A stretch of DNA of 64,000 nucleotides from the human T2T-CHM13v2.0 reference genome, Homo sapiens, in NCBI RefSeq assembly GCF_009914755.1, contig NC_060927.1, one strand, 5' to 3'. Below, in pieces: positions 60,425-64,000 of the stretch (position 1 is its first letter; each line of letters starts with the position of its first letter). Under the pieces are notes generated by a model. That model made no database searches. It saw nothing but the letters and a program-made list of their open reading frames with translations, and was not told the DNA's origin. Both the position numbers and the translations under genes were made by a program.

Positions 60425-60890
60425 CTGGTAGATTGCACAAATGGATGCAATATTCTCTTTCTAGGTATTCATGACTGTACATCGTGCCTTGGTAGCTCCT
60501 CTTGTCTAGATGTGGAATCTATTTCCACTCTTTTGAATTTCTACTCCTGCTTTGGCTAAATGAATGTGGAAGTGATGCTGTGCCAGTTCTAAGCACAGAA
60601 GCCTTCCAGATTTTGCTCTCTTTTGGAACTCTGCCAGCCACCATGTAAATGACCTTAAGGTAGCCTACTGGATGGTGAGATGTATGACTCAGACTCCCCT
60701 GTTGCCCCAGCTAATAGCCAGTCCCAAGCTAAACTGGAAGCTGGCCATAGTTGCGTGAGTGTAACCATAATTGCCCTGCAGAGCTCAGCCTAAATTGCTG
60801 ACTTGCAGAATCATCAGCAATGACAAACGTTTATTACATTAAGCCACTAAGTTTTGTACTGGTTTGTTATGCAGAAATATTTGAATGACA
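60425..60890 (+). mobile_element. MLT1 (MaLR) LTR
   Basis: GTGGAATCTATTTCCACTC, GTGATGCTGTGCCAGTTCTAAGC and TAAGCCACTAAGTTTTG...GTTTGTTATGCAG. Confidence 0.72.
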
Positions 60891-60934
60891 CTTGTCTTCT
60901 TGAAGAGATACCTCCCTACTTTGCGATTATAGAG

Positions 60935-61389
60935 TGTGAGAAACACTCACCAGTCCAAACACAAAGAATGGACTTGGAGACCTGAAAAACAGCAGATGCG
61001 AGACTTTCAAAGGCGGTCTTGCAAGATTGGGTGTCTGGCAGGCAGACACACCTAGGGCAGTTACAGCAAGTAATTTGTCTCCTAGCACGCAAGTCCCTCC
61101 CCCTGTTCCTCATTGGTTGAGTATATGGGGTTACAGTCTTCCCGGACGTTGCCTAAGTTTCACTATCCCCCTTATAAGGTTATGCCCTGTCCTCTTCCCC
61201 ACTTAAGTTTCCATTTCTCAACAATGAAACTTTCTTCCCTTTTATGGGCTGACTCCTCCTCTACATTCTGTCCACTTATTGTGACTTTCTAGGTGCATGA
61301 GCCATGCAATTTGTCACATTCGCAGGCTGGCTGCCAGTACTTAGAATTATCATGCCTTGAAAATGGACCATTTAAAATATTTTCTTACA
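60935..61389 (-). mobile_element. 3' LTR, LTR10F-like
   Basis: Minus strand TGTAAGAAAATATTTTAAATGGTCCATTTTCAAGGCATG...GTGTTTCTCACA. Confidence 0.85.
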
Positions 61390-61429
61390 AATTCCCTCCT
61401 CTTTTCTATTTACTTCCTTTGGTCTCAAT

Positions 61430-63393
61430 TTCATTTAAACTCTTTTGGTCCTTGAATCACTTTAGAAGTCACTTTCTTCCTTATGGAAGAGTGAGTTTAA
61501 TTTGGATTCTACTAGTAGCAGGTTATTTTGCTGGTAAAGCATGGACATTTATTTACTAATAGCTGCTTAAATTAATCTCTGTGCTAGTCCCCTCACACAG
61601 GGGATAATACAACATCCCACAGCTGTTAAGACTCCTGCTACAATTATGAGAGATGTAAAAATTGAAGCCTTTTTATTTTTCAAACCAACCTTTTAGCCAA
61701 CCCATAAATGTGTTATTAATGCAAGCATTTTGTGCCAGTTTGTTGGCTAGAGTTGTCAGTCCTCGTAAAGTTTTTGTGATGGTCCCATCTGGGGCAGTAT
61801 TGCTGGGAATGAAAGTACATTTCCTACCCAGCATAACACATATACCCCCTTTTTCTGCTGGGATTATGTCTAGTGAAAGCCTGTTTTCCCAGGCCATTTG
61901 GCTGGTGGCATTTAATAGGCTAACCACCCCTTTGAGGGTGTCCCGAGTATAACTGATGAATCTCTGTTGATTATAATAGATGTAGTTAATCCAATTCACA
62001 TTCTTATTAATAGTTGACCACCAGAAGAGTGTTCACTTAAACTCAGCCACTATTTGGTTTTGGGCCTTAAATTCACTAGGCACCGCACTACGGACTCCTA
62101 TTGAGTCAACACATATATTGAGATTAAAAGAATTTGTCAAATCTCTCTGGTTTTGGTGGCCATGTGTATTTTGTGGTATCTTATGGAATGCCAAGGTGAA
62201 GGGAATGGCCAATTGGACTATAGCACAAGTCCCAGTCCAATTGGAGGGTAACAGGTTATGGAGGTTCCTTTTCCCACAATACCACCAGACATTAGCCCAG
62301 GGTATGTGAGGGCTGAGTAATTGCCATTGCCTGACTCACCAGTGATGTTTAGGATGTGGGTACAAGTCGAGAATTCTACCACAGGCTTATTGAACTCTGC
62401 CACGTGCCTAGAGAGGCAAGAGGAGTGGTTCATATTTCCTACAGAGAACAAGGGGATTGCTCTTGGATCTGACCTCTGCAATGTGGGAAAGAGCAATGAG
62501 AGACTCTTACAAGTCTCATTTCTTCATGCATCTTCGTTTTGGTATAGAGCCAACATGCAATGCATTCCTTCAAGATCGGTATCCCATCCTGGGGGAAATG
62601 GAACCACCTGTGCCTGAGGTTGTCCTACAGCACACGTGTAGCAGTTACTCTTGTTGAGGGCTTGTACACAAAATTTGACCCATTCCACCCAGGCATTCAC
62701 ATCCCTGTACCCTGTTTTAATTTTTAAGGTTTGCCTTAAATCCTTTACCTCAATTATTTTTACTCTTTTAGGGTTATTATTTGGTGGACTAAAGTGTTTA
62801 TTAGGGTTTGGGGTTGGAGTAGTCCCAGGCAAATGGGAGGTTGAGTTCTTGATTGGTTTGAGAACAAATTGCCGTAGGGGGGTCTTTCCTTGTGATGTCT
62901 GCCCCTAACCCATATACCCGAGATGCTACTTTTGGTTCTTGGTTTAGAACATCTGGATTGTCAATGGTGATGAGTATAGGATTGCATTCTAAATTCTGAC
63001 AGTTATTTGGCAAGGAGCCCTTCCCTTGGACAGCTGTAGTTTATTCTTTAAGGGTTTCCAGCTCAGAGTTACTCATCTCATGTTTACTCTTCAACCCTGA
63101 AATTGATCAGTTTACCATACATCATCCCAGCTGGGGCAGGATGATGCCCTACTGTAACCTGTATCTGGTTTAGGGCAAATATATTTATTCGCCTGCAAGA
63201 GCAGTCTCTGATTTTCTAAATTACCACAGAGTAAGACCTGGCAGGCATCAAATCTTACAGTCTGGGGTGCTACCATCTTGGTTACATTTATTGGGTAGGG
63301 AGAAGTCCCCTGCCATTTTACATTTTGAGCTTCTGCTCTTTGTATAGTAGCCTATCCCAGCCATATTAACTTTCAGAAATGGGGCCAGCCCAT
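61430..63393 (-). pseudogene. env: HERV-IP env, disrupted
   Basis: MGWPHF* start. LNKSNCYTCAVGQPQAQVVPFP (CXXC). MAWENRLSLDIIPAEKGGICVMLGRKCTFIP (ISD; one Cys of CX6CC lost). Confidence 0.88.
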
Positions 63394-63409
63394 TTTTTCT
63401 TTTTAGATT

Positions 63410-64000
63410 TTTCTCAAAGTTTACTTTAAGGGTTCCTCAGCTGACCCGTGCACTTTCCACTGGTCTTTTTCCTCTCTCTTCTGGGGTCTCTGTTACCAGT
63501 CCCTTGACTTGAGTATAGTGAGTCCACCCCTGTTCAGCTGTTTGCGCGGCCATCTCAGTGGTCAGGAGCACTTGATAGGGACCTTCCCAGCTTGGGTGGA
63601 GCTTGTCTTCTTTTCAAGTCTTGATCAGCACCAAGTCGCCAGGCTGGAAGTGGTGAACTGCGAATTTAAGAGGTAGAGTTTGAGTCAGAAGTCCTTTTAA
63701 CCTGAGGGATGACAGGGTGGAGGATGTGGCCAGTATGTAATTTCTTAAGAATTGATCCTTGGTTTCCATAGTAGGGAGATTTGTAGCTCTGCCTAAATAT
63801 GGGACCCCATGTAATAACTCATAGGGGAACAATCCTAAGTCTTTTCTTGGGGCTGTTGTAATCCTAAGCAGTGTATTGGGAGACATTTAGTCCAAGACAT
63901 TTTTGTTTCTAAGATTAGTTTGGTGATATGCTTTTTGAGAGTTTGATTCATTCTTTCTACCTTTCCAGAGGAAGGGGGACATTACGAGGTGTGATAATCC
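63410..64000 (-). pseudogene. pol: HERV-IP pol integrase C-terminus
   Basis: PPSSGKVERMNQTLK, LLRITTAPRKDLGLFPYELLHG, HHFQPGDLVLIKT and WEGPYQVLLTT. Confidence 0.88.

Larger units (their letters stand above)
60935..64000 (-). mobile_element. HERV-IP10F-type provirus, 3' part (integrase end, env, 3' LTR); continues beyond the window end
   Basis: HERV-I-like env TM (NWINYIYYNQQRF), PPT AAAGAGGAGGGAAT and an LTR10F-like LTR. Confidence 0.88.

Overview
Repeat-dense primate (human-like) genomic DNA with no intact protein-coding gene that I can support. Almost every listed ORF is a by-product of Alu, L1 or ERV sequence. The window holds four decayed proviruses. (1) The 5' half of a HERV-K(HML-6)/LTR3 on the minus strand, 1-4352, with an AluY in its dUTPase. 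(2) An MLT2/ERV-L whose 3' half lies inverted, 7393-11414. (3) A two-LTR class I (ERV1-like) provirus with a GCAC target-site duplication, 26798-34979. (4) The 3' part of a HERV-IP10F/LTR10F on the minus strand, 60935-64000. There are also about 20 Alus, several L1 fragments, MaLR LTRs, MIR/L2 and DNA transposons. The most unusual structure is in provirus 3: both LTRs carry the same ~320-bp L1PA 3'-end insertion, at the same site and with the same junctions, which suggests the L1 fragment was propagated as part of the retroviral LTR. Other notable events are an L1 3' transduction, a permuted templated copy of LTR/leader sequence, an Alu stub at a pro-RT deletion, a twin-primed L1 in a four-level nest, and two inversions. 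Subfamily names come from my recall of consensus sequences, not from a database search, and boundaries of old elements are approximate.
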